Both the position numbers and the translations under genes were made by a program. Below the pieces are notes generated by a model, which was given only the letters and a program-made list of their open reading frames with translations, made no database searches and was not told the DNA's origin. 29,144 bases of DNA from a virus. Taxonomy: Duplodnaviria > Heunggongvirae > Uroviricota > Caudoviricetes. The stretch covers positions 1-29,144 of IMG/VR virus record IMGVR_UViG_2737471841_000001; one strand, 5' to 3'. Of the stretch, positions 18,722 through 28,968 are shown in pieces; positions within the stretch are counted from its first letter, which is position 1; each line of letters begins with the position of its first letter.

Positions 18722-19562
18722 TTCGAATCTCAATGAGCCGGTAACAATTCAGGCTGCGCGCCTTGATGCTTCAATTTTGCCACGCAATATATTCAGCCAG
18801 TCTTACCTGCTGTATGTCATAAATCAGGGTGCTGATGTTGGCGCAATTGCCGGGAAGGCAAATCAGGCTGGTCAGGGCGCTTATGACGCACAAGTCAGGA
18901 ACGATGAGCAGGATGTGATTCTCGCTGACCATGAGCAGCGAATTTCTGCTGCGGAAGCAACGCTTGTTAATCATGAGGAGAGAATCAGCCAGGCAGAATC
19001 AACTCTTCAGGAACATGAAACGCGAATCGCTCAGAATGAAAGCGATATTGCGTCGCTTGATACCAGAGTTCAGTCGCTGGAGTCGCAGGTTTCAGACCAT
19101 GAATCGCGCATCGATGCTCTGGAGTATGCCACTACTCGCAAGAAGTCAGAGGTTGTTTACTCTGGCGTATCAGTAACCATCCCGACAGCGCCGACCAACC
19201 TTGTTAGCCTGCTGAAAACGCTCACGCCGTCATCCGGCTCGTTGGCACCATTCTTCGACACCGTTAACAACAAGATGGTTGTGTTCAACGAGAACAAAAC
19301 CTTGTTCTTCAAGCTGTCGATTGTCGGGACGTGGCCCAGCGGAACCGCCAACAGGTCAATGCAGCTAACATTTTCCGGTTCTGTTCCTGACACACTGGTA
19401 AGCAGTCGCAACTCGGCGACAACAACCGATAACATCTTGTTAGCTACGTTCTTCAGCGTGGATAAAGACGGCTTTCTTGCCACAAATGGCAGCACGTTAA
19501 CCATTCAGTCAAATGGTGCGGCGTTTACTGCCACAACCATCAAAATAATTGCGGAGCAGTGA
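18714..19562 (+). CDS. 26: Tail needle (P22 gp26 family) with coiled-coil repeats and a distinct C-terminal domain
   Basis: 282 aa; N-terminal ~60 aa resembles gp26 ([41 protein letters not shown]); tandem ~14-residue HE-RI repeats; C-terminal ~140 aa unrelated to P22 gp26. Confidence 0.85.
   Translation: MADSNLNEPVTIQAARLDASILPRNIFSQSYLLYVINQGADVGAIAGKANQAGQGAYDAQVRNDEQDVILADHEQRISAAEATLVNHEERISQAESTLQEHETRIAQNESDIASLDTRVQSLESQVSDHESRIDALEYATTRKKSEVVYSGVSVTIPTAPTNLVSLLKTLTPSSGSLAPFFDTVNNKMVVFNENKTLFFKLSIVGTWPSGTANRSMQLTFSGSVPDTLVSSRNSATTTDNILLATFFSVDKDGFLATNGSTLTIQSNGAAFTATTIKIIAEQ
18931..19120 (+). repeat. Imperfect ~42-nt tandem repeats encoding the tail-needle coiled coil
   Basis: Repeated units beginning CATGAGCAGCGAATT / CATGAGGAGAGAATC / CATGAAACGCGAATC / CATGAATCGCGCATC, i.e. 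HEQRIS / HEERIS / HETRIA / HESRID. Confidence 0.6.
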
Positions 19563-20041
19563 TGGAAATAAAGCTCATCGATAATCCGGTGAAGCTTGCA
19601 GAATTCCTCAACAACCCGGCAAACACGGGAAATATCGTAGACAGTGGAGACAAATACTACATCAAGCCTGATGCGGTATACCTCGGCATCTACGAAGGAC
19701 TGATGCTGGTCGGAGTGCATGAAGTGCGTAACTTCTGGCATAGCGTTGTTGAATGCCATGCGGTGTACGACCCCGGATTCCGTGGCGAATATGCACTGCA
19801 AGGGCATCGATTATTCTGCAAATGGCTTCTCGAAAACTCACCATTCCTTAACAGCATCACTATGGTTCCTGACACCACGAAATACGGACGGTCAATTATC
19901 CGTTTGCTTGGCGCTACCCGTGTTGGTCACCTTGATGATGCTTATACCAGCAATGGAAAGCCTGTAGGCATCACGATTTATCAGTTACCGCGCTCAAAAT
20001 ACGAGGAGCTAACGAATGTTAATTTTCCAGATTGCCAATAA
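19562..20041 (+). CDS. 14: Tail/head assembly protein (P22 gp14-like)
   Basis: [40 protein letters not shown] resembles P22 gp14; ATG 19562 overlaps the needle stop. Confidence 0.8.
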   Translation: MEIKLIDNPVKLAEFLNNPANTGNIVDSGDKYYIKPDAVYLGIYEGLMLVGVHEVRNFWHSVVECHAVYDPGFRGEYALQGHRLFCKWLLENSPFLNSITMVPDTTKYGRSIIRLLGATRVGHLDDAYTSNGKPVGITIYQLPRSKYEELTNVNFPDCQ

Positions 20042-20690
20042 GCACCTCAGCAAAGCTGTTTACTGCAAAGGCGGCAGTGATGGCGGTTCAAAAGCCCAGG
20101 CACGCGCAACTGAAAAGGGTATCGAATTGCAGCGTGAAATGTGGCAAACGAACATGCAAAACCTCGCACCGTTCACACCACTCGCTCAACAGTACGTATC
20201 AGAGTTGCAGAATCTTTCCTCTCTTCAGGGGCAAGGTCAGGCGCTTAACCAGTATTACAACTCCCAGCAGTACAAAGACCTTGCTGGTCAGGCGCGTTAC
20301 CAGAGTCTGGCAGCAGCAGAGGCAACGGGTGGATTAGGCTCTACAGCAACAGGAAACCAGTTAGCATCAATCGCACCTACACTCGGTCAAAACTGGCTGT
20401 CAGGTCAGATGAACAACTACAACAATCTGGCAAACATTGGCCTTGGTGCTCTTACAGGTCAGGCAAACGCCGGGCAGAACTACGCTAACAACGTCAGCCA
20501 ATTGTATCAACAGCAGGCGGCAGCATCTGCGGCGAATGCTAACCGACCATCAGGATTGCAATCAGCTTTGGGCGGTGCCATGAGCGGTGCGGCATCAGGG
20601 GCGATGATTGGCTCTGTGGTGCCAGGAATAGGTACGGCTGTTGGCGCTATTGGTGGCGGCATTATCGGTGGTCTTGGATCATTGTTTTAA
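20016..20690 (+). CDS. 7: Ejection (internal virion) protein, gp7-like
   Basis: 224 aa, Gln/Asn/Gly-rich with Gly-rich hydrophobic C-terminus (GSVVPGIGTAVGAIGGGIIGGLGSLF); AGGAG SD; order after gp14. Confidence 0.8.
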   Translation: MLIFQIANKHLSKAVYCKGGSDGGSKAQARATEKGIELQREMWQTNMQNLAPFTPLAQQYVSELQNLSSLQGQGQALNQYYNSQQYKDLAGQARYQSLAAAEATGGLGSTATGNQLASIAPTLGQNWLSGQMNNYNNLANIGLGALTGQANAGQNYANNVSQLYQQQAAASAANANRPSGLQSALGGAMSGAASGAMIGSVVPGIGTAVGAIGGGIIGGLGSLF

Positions 20691-20699
20691 GGTGGGAAT

Positions 20700-22172
20700 A
20701 TGGCTACTTGGCAACAAGGAATCAACTCAGGCGGTTTTCTTGCTGGTATCGGTGGGCAAAACTCAAATGCGCCAAAGGCAAGTGATGTAAGTGAGGCGTT
20801 GGCCTATATTCGCCAGAACAACGAAATGGAGCGTTCAGGTCGCAATAACATCGGCCTTCAGGCGTTGCAGGGACTTGGTAGTGTCGCTCAAACATATAAA
20901 GCCGCAAAGCAACAGGAAGCGGATGCTGCATTCCAAAAAGAATATGCGGTAGCCATCCAGTCAGGTGATCGACAGCAGGTGCGAGATCTGATGACCAAAT
21001 ATCCTCGTCAATTAGAGAAGATTCAGTCTGGTATGAAGTGGGCAGACGAAGACCAACGCAATTCTATAGGCACCTTAGCGGCTGGCGCACGCCTTGCGGC
21101 CTCGTCTCCAGAAGCAATGCAATCATGGCTGCAAAACAACGCCAAGGAACTGACTCGCGTCGGTGTTGACCCTAACAGCGTTGCTCAGATGTATCAGCAG
21201 AACCCTTCAGGATTTGGTGAGTTTGTTGATCACCTTGGAATGGCTGCTCTTGGTCCAATTGATTACTTCAATGTTCAGGACAAGATGGCTGGTCGTGAGA
21301 TTGATCGCGGGAAACTTGCAGAGACAATCCGCAGCAATCAGGCTGGAGAAGCACTTCAGGCGAGAGGGCAGGATATTAGCCGAGCAAATGCGTTAACGTC
21401 AGCATATGCACCAACAGCCGCAATGCAGAATTACAATCAGTACGCGCAAATGTTAAAGGCGGATCCAGATGGTGCAGCGGCATTTGCGGCAGCGGCGGGA
21501 ATTAATCCCAATGCTAAGAAATTACTTAAGGTTGAAACCAATCCTGATGGCTCGGTAACTAAGTATTACACCGATGGCAGCGAGGAAGCCGGAAAACTAA
21601 ACCAACCTATATCTGGTGATGGCATTAAACCAATTAGCTTGCCACAAGCGCAAAGCATCATAGATAAGGCTAATGAGGGTTCCAAGAAGGCGGCAGGATT
21701 TGCTTTGCGATTAAAAGATTCAATGGACTCAATGAATCAGCTTAGTAAAAGCATTGACCCTAAGCGAGTTGCATTAATAAATCGCTCTCTTGGTGATGGG
21801 ACTATTGCAAATTTAAGCCTATCACCAGCGGAGCAGCAATATATGGTAAATGCGAGAGACGCATTGTATGCAATTTTGCGCCCAGAAACAGGTGCAGCAA
21901 TTACTCTGCCAGAGATGCAGGAGTATTCCAAAATGTACCTGCCTCAGCCCGGTGATTCCAAGGCTGCTACTGAAACAAAAATGCGAAAAATGCAGGGCCA
22001 ATATAACTCATTACGTGGTCAGTCTGGTCGCGTTTATGATGCTTTGGTGGTTTCAAGTGCTGCAAATAGTCAACAACAGAGCAATAGCCAACAACCGACA
22101 AATACCCAACAGCAGCAGAGTCAATCCGGATCATATACCTCAAAATCAGGCATTCAATTTACGGTGGAATGA
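20700..22172 (+). CDS. 20: Ejection protein, gp20-like
   Basis: 490 aa, position and composition consistent with P22 gp20. Confidence 0.8.
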   Translation: MATWQQGINSGGFLAGIGGQNSNAPKASDVSEALAYIRQNNEMERSGRNNIGLQALQGLGSVAQTYKAAKQQEADAAFQKEYAVAIQSGDRQQVRDLMTKYPRQLEKIQSGMKWADEDQRNSIGTLAAGARLAASSPEAMQSWLQNNAKELTRVGVDPNSVAQMYQQNPSGFGEFVDHLGMAALGPIDYFNVQDKMAGREIDRGKLAETIRSNQAGEALQARGQDISRANALTSAYAPTAAMQNYNQYAQMLKADPDGAAAFAAAAGINPNAKKLLKVETNPDGSVTKYYTDGSEEAGKLNQPISGDGIKPISLPQAQSIIDKANEGSKKAAGFALRLKDSMDSMNQLSKSIDPKRVALINRSLGDGTIANLSLSPAEQQYMVNARDALYAILRPETGAAITLPEMQEYSKMYLPQPGDSKAATETKMRKMQGQYNSLRGQSGRVYDALVVSSAANSQQQSNSQQPTNTQQQQSQSGSYTSKSGIQFTVE

Positions 22173-24301
22173 TGAAAGTAACTGCAAACGGTAAGACATT
22201 TACCTTCCCTGATGGTACGAGCACGGAAGATATTGGCACCGCCATTGATGAGTATTTTGCTGGTCAGGCTGTTCAGCAACAAACAGTTAATCAGGCCAAT
22301 AATGAACCAGCACGTGAAGAACTATCATTGATGCAACAAGCTGGCGATTGGCTCACAGGTGGTCAAAGTGCAGGGCAAATTGCAGAGCAGGCTGGTCGCG
22401 GTCTGGTAAACATACCATTTGACGTATTGCAGGGTGGCGCAAGTCTGATTAATGCAATCAGCCAAGGGCTTGGTGGCCCCAAGGTTTTGGATGATGTTTA
22501 TCGCCCTGTCGATCGACCGACAGACCCTTACGCGCAAGCCGGTGAAACAATTGGTGGGTATCTCCTGCCAATTGGCACAGCGGCAAAAGCTGCTGGAGCG
22601 CCAGCAAAGCTCGCTGTAGATATCGGTTCCGCAGGAAACATGATTGCAGGTTCTCTTGCTGATGCTGCAAATCAGGAGGGCGACTTTGCACAAAATGCTG
22701 CCATTAACGGTGGTATCAATATTGGTGCTCAAGGCGTTCTTTCTGGTGTCGGGCGCGTTATTGCGCCAAGGGTCTCACAGGCTCTTGGTGGTGCAGCACT
22801 GAATTCTGCTAATGATGTTTCCAGGATGGCAAAGTCAGGTGCTGGGCGTCAGTCAATTGCCAGTCAGGCCGCTAATGTGTCCGAAGATGTAGCAAAAGCG
22901 GCTGAGTCTGCTGGAATTGATATAAACGCATTAACACCAGGAATGCGATCTGGAAGTCGTGGAATTGCACAAGCCGAAGGCGCATTGGCATCAACACCAG
23001 GAATTGTTCAGGACGCCCATCAGGCAGCATTTAACGAAATATCATCAAAGTTAAGTCGAAACCTTGATGAATTTGGGGCCGCATCTGGAACGGCATCAGA
23101 AAAAAGTGCGGCTATAAAACAAAGGATTCTTCAAAATCTTGATCAGATGAAGGATGCCGAGCGCGCGGCATGGGATGACGTGCGGTCAACAATGCCAAAT
23201 CAAAAAGCAAGAATGCTAAATGGTAATGCTGTTATTCAGGCAGAGCGATCTGCTGGCATACCGCTTACTCCTGAAATGAAACAGTTTGTTCAGGCAAACA
23301 ATCAAGGTGGAGTAACATTTGATGGCATGAAAGCATGGAGAGCGAAATTTGCTGATGCGGAGCAAAAATATAAGCGTAGCGGAGAGGCAAATGCGGCAAG
23401 GAGAGCAGGGGAAATACGCCGGGCAATTACTGATGATATGCGCACAATGGCGGAAAACGGCGGATTTCTTGATGGCTGGCAGAAAGCTAATGATCTGTCT
23501 AAAGCGAGGTTATCAGCACAAGAGGGTGCAGAGTCTGTTTTCGGGCGTGATTTGGCAACAGATGCACTGATTACGAATGGAGTAAAATCCCTTCAATCAT
23601 CTTCAGCTAAAGGTCTTAATGGTCCTGCTGGATTCCATTCTATGATCCGCGCTCTGCCAGTATCAGAGCGTGTTCCTGCTATATCATCAATGCTGCAAGA
23701 TGCTATCTCGCATGGTGTCCGTGGTGGCAAATCTGATGCTGCAGGAATTAACCATATCGCAGAGATACTCACGCCACAAAATGTAAAAGCCATTAGCCGA
23801 TATTCCTCAGAGCTTGGAAGAATTGCTGATGCATATGGCACTCTTGCAAGAGCAGCAGTGAAACCTCAGCAGTATATTGAAAGAACAGGGAGAACTGCCA
23901 ATGTACTACGCGATCTTGATGCTGGTTTATCCAACGTTACATCAACAGTGTTAAATGCAATTGCCAACTCAACATCAGGTGCCATTGTTGGTGGAGCAGG
24001 AGGTGGGGGCGTTGCTGGCGCTGCCGCTGGCGCTTTAGTTGGCGCTGGGTTAAAAGGCGCTGTATCTAAAATTGCTACCACGCGTAGCGGTCGATATGCG
24101 ATAGAGAAAGCAGTTCAGGAAGCCACGAAAGCAGTAAGAGCTGGCGGAAGTAAAGAAGCATTAGCGGCGGCGGAACGCAGATTTATGGCAAATAAAGCCG
24201 CCGTAAAAGCAATACGAGATGCTATTGGTAGCGATGAATTCAATCGCTTGTCGAGAGCTGGTATTGTCGCCTCGTTAAGCGGTATGAATGAATATGAATA
24301 G
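22169..24301 (+). CDS. 16: Ejection protein, gp16-like
   Basis: 710 aa, Ala/Gly-rich; ATGA overlap with gp20; last gene of the rightward virion operon. Confidence 0.8.
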   Translation: MMKVTANGKTFTFPDGTSTEDIGTAIDEYFAGQAVQQQTVNQANNEPAREELSLMQQAGDWLTGGQSAGQIAEQAGRGLVNIPFDVLQGGASLINAISQGLGGPKVLDDVYRPVDRPTDPYAQAGETIGGYLLPIGTAAKAAGAPAKLAVDIGSAGNMIAGSLADAANQEGDFAQNAAINGGINIGAQGVLSGVGRVIAPRVSQALGGAALNSANDVSRMAKSGAGRQSIASQAANVSEDVAKAAESAGIDINALTPGMRSGSRGIAQAEGALASTPGIVQDAHQAAFNEISSKLSRNLDEFGAASGTASEKSAAIKQRILQNLDQMKDAERAAWDDVRSTMPNQKARMLNGNAVIQAERSAGIPLTPEMKQFVQANNQGGVTFDGMKAWRAKFADAEQKYKRSGEANAARRAGEIRRAITDDMRTMAENGGFLDGWQKANDLSKARLSAQEGAESVFGRDLATDALITNGVKSLQSSSAKGLNGPAGFHSMIRALPVSERVPAISSMLQDAISHGVRGGKSDAAGINHIAEILTPQNVKAISRYSSELGRIADAYGTLARAAVKPQQYIERTGRTANVLRDLDAGLSNVTSTVLNAIANSTSGAIVGGAGGGGVAGAAAGALVGAGLKGAVSKIATTRSGRYAIEKAVQEATKAVRAGGSKEALAAAERRFMANKAAVKAIRDAIGSDEFNRLSRAGIVASLSGMNEYE

Positions 24302-24303
24302 AT

Positions 24304-24789
24304 TTATCTAATGTTGCTGCTACTGTTGCATGTTACCGTGTTTCCAAATCCTGAATTGCAGTTTGTATATGTGTCAACGCGTGTTGGGTAAGGTTGAGTT
24401 ATAACAGGCTGGCGCGCTTTTTGCTCGATCGCTTGCATTGTGTTTACAGCCTGATAATTCAATAAAGCCTGCTGGAATGCTTGGCTTTGTGCTATTTGTT
24501 GGGCTTGTTCTTGGCTTTGTAATTGAACATAAAGATTCTGAAGCTCAAGTCTTGCCTGTGCGTCACTTATCTTGCCTTCATCGACACCTTGCCCGAGCAT
24601 CTTTGCAGCAAGGACATACAGCTTAGGTGTTGGTGCTGATGCCATGCGTGAGTCGTTCTTCACACTGGCATCAAGGCAATTAGCCATATCGCTAAGCTTT
24701 TGATAGCGTTGTTCGCAACTTGCTTGATAGTCACTTACTTTTGCGCATCCAACCAGCAGAAGCGGGATAATTAACAGTGATTTTTTCAT
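24304..24789 (-). CDS. Secreted lipoprotein of unknown function (candidate lysogeny-expressed moron)
   Basis: 161 aa from ATG 24789 (AAGGAG 9 nt upstream); signal peptide with lipobox MKKSLLIIPLLLVGC; four further Cys; Gln-rich helical middle. Confidence 0.7.
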   Translation of the reverse strand: MKKSLLIIPLLLVGCAKVSDYQASCEQRYQKLSDMANCLDASVKNDSRMASAPTPKLYVLAAKMLGQGVDEGKISDAQARLELQNLYVQLQSQEQAQQIAQSQAFQQALLNYQAVNTMQAIEQKARQPVITQPYPTRVDTYTNCNSGFGNTVTCNSSSNIR

Positions 24790-24859
24790 ATGGTTAACTC
24801 TCCTTAGTTTTTCACAGGATATCATGAAAGCAATGCCATTTTAGCCGGAAACTAGATTT

Positions 24860-25159
24860 CTATGTTTCCTTTTTATTATTGCTATACATGGTCTTAAGCG
24901 TTTCAAAAACCATTTTCTTAACCATATCAGATTGTTGTTCTGCCATACGCTCTGCATCGTCAATGTAAACTGATGCAGAGCTTTGTTTAGCCAATGATTC
25001 TTCAATCGCTGCAATTATCTCTGAGTTCAGCGACCTGTTATTCATCTTCGCGCGCTGTTTAATTTTCGCGTGGAGTTCATGCGGAAGTCTCAAGTGAAAC
25101 TGCGCCTCGTCGTATTTGCTGTACATCCTTGATGCCTCACCAGTTGGGTGGAATGGCAT
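24860..25159 (-). CDS. mnt: Mnt-like ribbon-helix-helix (Arc/MetJ family) repressor
   Basis: RLPHELHAKIKQRAKMNNRSLNSEIIAAIEESL ... DDAERMAEQQSDMVKKMVFETLK resembles P22 Mnt; start may be the internal ATG at 25126. Confidence 0.8.
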   Translation of the reverse strand: MPFHPTGEASRMYSKYDEAQFHLRLPHELHAKIKQRAKMNNRSLNSEIIAAIEESLAKQSSASVYIDDAERMAEQQSDMVKKMVFETLKTMYSNNKKET

Positions 25160-25199
25160 CGTAACCTACTGGATAAATACTCAATAGTACCATTTCGGT

Positions 25200-25222
25200 A
25201 TGCAACCACATCATGGTTGCAT
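25200..25222. promoter_or_regulatory. 23-bp perfect palindrome, candidate operator between mnt and tailspike
   Basis: ATGCAACCA-CATCA-TGGTTGCAT (9-bp arms, 5-bp spacer) in the 88-bp divergent region, 26 bp upstream of the tailspike ATG. Confidence 0.4.
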
Positions 25223-25247
25223 CATATCATTCGTCTGGAGCAATGAA

Positions 25248-27305
25248 ATGTCAGATATCACCGCAAATGTTGTGGTAAGCATGCCTTCTCAACTCTTCAC
25301 TATGGCTCGTTCTTTTAAAGCGGTAGCCAATGGCGAAATTTATATCGGGAAAATTGACACTGACCCGGTAAATCCTGAAAACCGGATTCAGGTTTATGTA
25401 GAGAACGAAGACGGCTCTCACGTTCCTGTTTCGCAACCAATCATCATTAACGCTGCTGGTTACCCGGTATATAACGGACAGATTGCCAAGTTCGTAACTG
25501 TGCAAGGCCATTCTATGGCTGTTTATGATGCGTATGGTGCACAGCAATTCTATTTTCCTAATGTGCTGAAGTACGATCCTGATCAGTTAAGGCAGGAGCT
25601 GGCGGGGCCAAACGGCGTAGATCTGGTAAACGGAGCGGCAAAGCAGACTGATGTTAATAAGCTGAACATTCACACTAGTGGCTACGTCAATGTGCTTGAG
25701 TATATCCCTGAAAACCTGCATCAGTACCTTACAGACTTGGCTCAGTCACAAACGAACGCAGGGGACCTAATTTCCTATCTTAATGCAGCGTCAGCATACT
25801 GCGAAAAGAACCACAAAGACCTTGTATTTCCGTTCGGATATTACTTTGTATCAAACACCTTCATGTTACCTGCTGGGGTAAAGGTGATAGGTCTTGGCTA
25901 CCCGTACATCCTTGCTCTAACCCCATTTAACGCTTCAAATATTATTGTAAGTTGCGATAAAACAGGACAGCCAACTTATGATATGGATATGTTTCATATA
26001 AACGGTCCTGGCCCTAGCAACCTCGACATGGTGGGGTTGCGAGTCGGCGGATGTCGTAATAGCAAATTTTCAAGGATAATCGTTACCAGTTGCTTCTCTG
26101 CCGGGGTAGAGGTTTACCCAACAGTAGCAACATCAGGAGATGTTGAAAACCTACACCTTGACCATGTCTGGACCGTACTGTCTGGAGGGGTGCGCTTTAA
26201 AGCTAACGCCTCTATAGCTAGGGGCAATATCACGGATGCAACTGTATCAAACTGTCAATTAACGACTGGAGATGCAACCTTGTCCGGACCTCCAGCTATC
26301 ACTATTACAGGGGCGCCTGGCAGGCAGATATTCGGGATTGCTTTTAAACGGGTATTTACACAAACGACTGACCAGGACCATATAGTAGTAAATCCAAATG
26401 GTGGAAGCGTATTCCATAATACATTTAGTGATATAAGTGGTGAGTCATGGACTATTGCCGCAGGCGGTATTTCTGGCTCATTCGCTAAGAATGCGCTATA
26501 TGTACTCGATGGTGCATTTACCACCAATTCATTCCGCGACTTCTATAAACAGGGTTTGCCTGGCAACGGTATTACTTTAGGTGTTGGCTCATCTGGTAAT
26601 CTGTTTGACGGGCTTCGATTCATGGACAGAAATGTTGTTGGATATAACAACAAGTGGTTAATCATACCATCTGGAGCAAACTCAAACAGTTTTCACGCCT
26701 GCTACTTCGATGGTTGTTTTAATCGCGCCGATTCTGGATATGGTGGCGTAGCGGCTAATTATGTATTCAGAGCTTTTGACGGTAAGATTTCTGACTTGAG
26801 CGGTAGCACAAAATTTGACACACCGGAGATAAGAGACGTTTCTCCAGTTCTCATTAAGAGGTCAACGATATTCGCTATTAGTGGCAACCAATTAGTTAAC
26901 TATCCAGTAACGGGATGCGCCTTTGCAACGACTGCCGATGGCATTAGCGTTGCCGTCCCTGCTGGTAACACCCCCTACTTTCTTACCATACCTTTTACCC
27001 CCACTGCGGGATTCGCAGGTAAATTTATCGGACTTACTATCAAATATGTATGCGGGGCCATGAATGGTATGACCCTGTCGGCGGATATCTGCGGCGCAGG
27101 TTCCGGAGTAACAGATTTAACCACGGGTAAAGCAAATGTGTTTAGCATGTATGGCGCTTACAACTCAGATAACAAAACCGTCACATTAACATTTGGGGGG
27201 GACAGAACGGCGCAGGCTAACATGGCTTTACAAGATATTATAATCACCGAAGGTGCTAACATTCCTTACATACCAAACTTCCGAAAAATATACATTGAGA
27301 GTTAA
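25248..27305 (+). CDS. 9: Tailspike (P22 gp9-like head-binding N-terminus, divergent receptor-binding domain)
   Basis: ATG 25248 with GGAG 9 nt upstream; [11 protein letters not shown]...[21 protein letters not shown]...[13 protein letters not shown]...VLKYDPDQ matches the gp9 head-binding domain; remainder differs from P22 gp9. Confidence 0.9.
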   Translation: MSDITANVVVSMPSQLFTMARSFKAVANGEIYIGKIDTDPVNPENRIQVYVENEDGSHVPVSQPIIINAAGYPVYNGQIAKFVTVQGHSMAVYDAYGAQQFYFPNVLKYDPDQLRQELAGPNGVDLVNGAAKQTDVNKLNIHTSGYVNVLEYIPENLHQYLTDLAQSQTNAGDLISYLNAASAYCEKNHKDLVFPFGYYFVSNTFMLPAGVKVIGLGYPYILALTPFNASNIIVSCDKTGQPTYDMDMFHINGPGPSNLDMVGLRVGGCRNSKFSRIIVTSCFSAGVEVYPTVATSGDVENLHLDHVWTVLSGGVRFKANASIARGNITDATVSNCQLTTGDATLSGPPAITITGAPGRQIFGIAFKRVFTQTTDQDHIVVNPNGGSVFHNTFSDISGESWTIAAGGISGSFAKNALYVLDGAFTTNSFRDFYKQGLPGNGITLGVGSSGNLFDGLRFMDRNVVGYNNKWLIIPSGANSNSFHACYFDGCFNRADSGYGGVAANYVFRAFDGKISDLSGSTKFDTPEIRDVSPVLIKRSTIFAISGNQLVNYPVTGCAFATTADGISVAVPAGNTPYFLTIPFTPTAGFAGKFIGLTIKYVCGAMNGMTLSADICGAGSGVTDLTTGKANVFSMYGAYNSDNKTVTLTFGGDRTAQANMALQDIIITEGANIPYIPNFRKIYIES

Positions 27306-27322
27306 CTATATAAACGTGATGT

Positions 27323-27345
27323 AGCCCACTCAGGTGGGCTTTTTG
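27323..27345 (+). terminator. Intrinsic terminator after tailspike
   Basis: AGCCCAC-TCAG-GTGGGCT stem-loop followed by TTTTTG, 18 nt after the tailspike stop. Confidence 0.65.
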
Positions 27346-27378
27346 CTGTACGCGCATTGATCTCCATCCGATATTGAT

Positions 27379-27398
27379 AATACTGTATGTGCATGCAG
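27379..27398 (+). promoter_or_regulatory. LexA (SOS) box
   Basis: TACTGTATGTGCATGCAGTA fits the TACTG-N10-CAGTA consensus; followed by GGAGG and start codons. Confidence 0.6.
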
Positions 27399-27420
27399 TA
27401 TCAATCGGAGGTGCATCATG

Positions 27421-27804
27421 GGATTCCCGAGTCCAGCATAAGACTACGTTGAACAACGCATATCGCTCGACAAGCGCATCATAACCAGGCCAGCGGCTAC
27501 GTACTTCATGCGAGCAGGTTCGACACACTACCGGGAAGGCATCATTAATGGAGCGCTACTCGTCGTTGATGCGTCACTTACGCCATGCGACGGCTCATTG
27601 CTGGTATGCAGAATGGAAAGTGAGCTGAGGATAAAGCGATATCGAACTCATCCAAAGCCCCACCTTGAGGATTTGCAAACAGGAAGGCGAGAAGAGATAC
27701 CTGCATACGATGACGGAACTAGCCCGGATGCGATATTTGGTGTTATCACTTACATCATCAACGATTCGCGTTCTGGTGAGTTTGGTGATTGTCCGGTGAC
27801 ATAG
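27421..27804 (+). pseudogene. UmuD'-like (S24 LexA-type) gene remnant, interrupted by an in-frame stop
   Basis: Frame 1 reads GFPSPA-stop-DYVEQRISLDKRIITRPAATYFMRAGSTHYREG...; GFPSPAADYVEQRI is the UmuD region just after its cleavage site. TAA at 27439-27441; the ASGDSM-equivalent reads AGSTHY. Confidence 0.55.
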
Positions 27805-27810
27805 GTGTCG

Positions 27811-28968
27811 TTATGCCACCATCCCATCAAGCCAGTCCGCCCACCATTGCATCATCTCCCTGCGCTTATCGAGATACTGAGCATGGTTGTAAATCCCACG
27901 CACAGATCCGCCGTTGGCATGTGCCAGTTGCACTTCAATAGCGTCAGCAGGCCATTCGTGCTCGTTCATAATTGTGCTGAATTCATGCCTGAATCCGTGA
28001 CCGCTTTCCAGACCCTCATAGCCGATTTGTTTGATCACAAGCAATACCGCGTTCTCGCAGATTGGCTTCTTCTTATCGTTGCGCCCGGCAAAAACAAACT
28101 CTGACACTGGTTTAGTGATTGAGCTTAGCGTAGTGAGAAGTTCAACTACCTGGTCTGACATAGGAACCACATGAATTTTGCGTCCCTTCATCACATTGGC
28201 GTCGATGGTGATAATCCTGTTTTCAAAATCGACGTTCTTCCATAGCATGGAACGAAGCTCTTTTGTTCTGAGGGCTGTGTAGCGTAAAACTTTGGTCGCA
28301 ATGAGCGATACGATACTTCCTGAAAATGTTGCCAGTGCTTTATTGAATGCCGGGATCTGGTCTGCAGGCAGAAACGGGAAGTTCTTCTTGCGGTATCCCT
28401 TCATGGCGTCAGCAAGGTCAGGTGCCGGGTTATATTTAGCCCTACCAGTGACAATAGCGTAACGGAAAACCTCGCCGCATCTTCTGCGGGCTTTATTTGC
28501 TCGCTCCATTGCACCGCGATCTTCAAATCTGCGGATTACTTCCAGCAGTTGCATCGGCTCAATATCCTGAATCTCAAGACCGCCGATGATGGGTAAAATG
28601 TCGTCATCAAACATTTTTGCAAGTTCATTTGCATAGCCTACTGACCAGACTTGCTTCTTGTGCTCGTACCATTCCTTGTAAATGGCGCTAAAGGAATTGT
28701 TGTTAGACGAAGCCTTTTTCGCCTTTACCGGATCGATGCCAACCGAGATCTCTTTCCTCGCAGTCCATGCTTTATCCCTTGCCTCTTGCAAAGTCATAAG
28801 CGGATATTTTCCGACGGTCAGGATTTTCTCCTTACCGTCAATCTTGTATCGAAGCTGCCATACCTTTTTCCCTGATACAGGGACATAAAGGTACAGGCCA
28901 TTACCATCGAGTAGGCGGTATGGTTTTTCTTTCGGCTTTGCTGCTTCAATCTGCTTAACGGTGAGCAT
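27811..28968 (-). CDS. int: Tyrosine integrase (IntS / P4-like family with N-terminal arm-binding domain)
   Basis: 385 aa from ATG 28968 (MLTVKQIEAAKPKEKPYRLLDGNGLYLYVPVSGKK...), closely resembling E. coli IntS as I recall it; an in-frame GTG at 29004 is an alternative start. Confidence 0.9.
   Translation of the reverse strand: MLTVKQIEAAKPKEKPYRLLDGNGLYLYVPVSGKKVWQLRYKIDGKEKILTVGKYPLMTLQEARDKAWTARKEISVGIDPVKAKKASSNNNSFSAIYKEWYEHKKQVWSVGYANELAKMFDDDILPIIGGLEIQDIEPMQLLEVIRRFEDRGAMERANKARRRCGEVFRYAIVTGRAKYNPAPDLADAMKGYRKKNFPFLPADQIPAFNKALATFSGSIVSLIATKVLRYTALRTKELRSMLWKNVDFENRIITIDANVMKGRKIHVVPMSDQVVELLTTLSSITKPVSEFVFAGRNDKKKPICENAVLLVIKQIGYEGLESGHGFRHEFSTIMNEHEWPADAIEVQLAHANGGSVRGIYNHAQYLDKRREMMQWWADWLDGMVA

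Noticed and set aside
23940-24070. GC-rich Gly/Ala-coding repeats (GGAGGAGGTGGGGGCGTTGCTGGCGCTGCCGCTGGCGCT)
   Set aside because: Inside the gp16-like ORF, encoding a Gly/Ala-rich segment; no spacer-repeat periodicity.
25200-25247. N-terminal extension of the tailspike ORF ([16 protein letters not shown]...)
   Set aside because: The ATG at 25200 lies inside the palindrome and lacks an SD; the conserved gp9 N-terminus begins at ATG 25248, which has GGAG upstream.
27805-28104. 99-aa plus-strand ORF
   Set aside because: Antisense to the well-supported integrase gene; shadow ORF.
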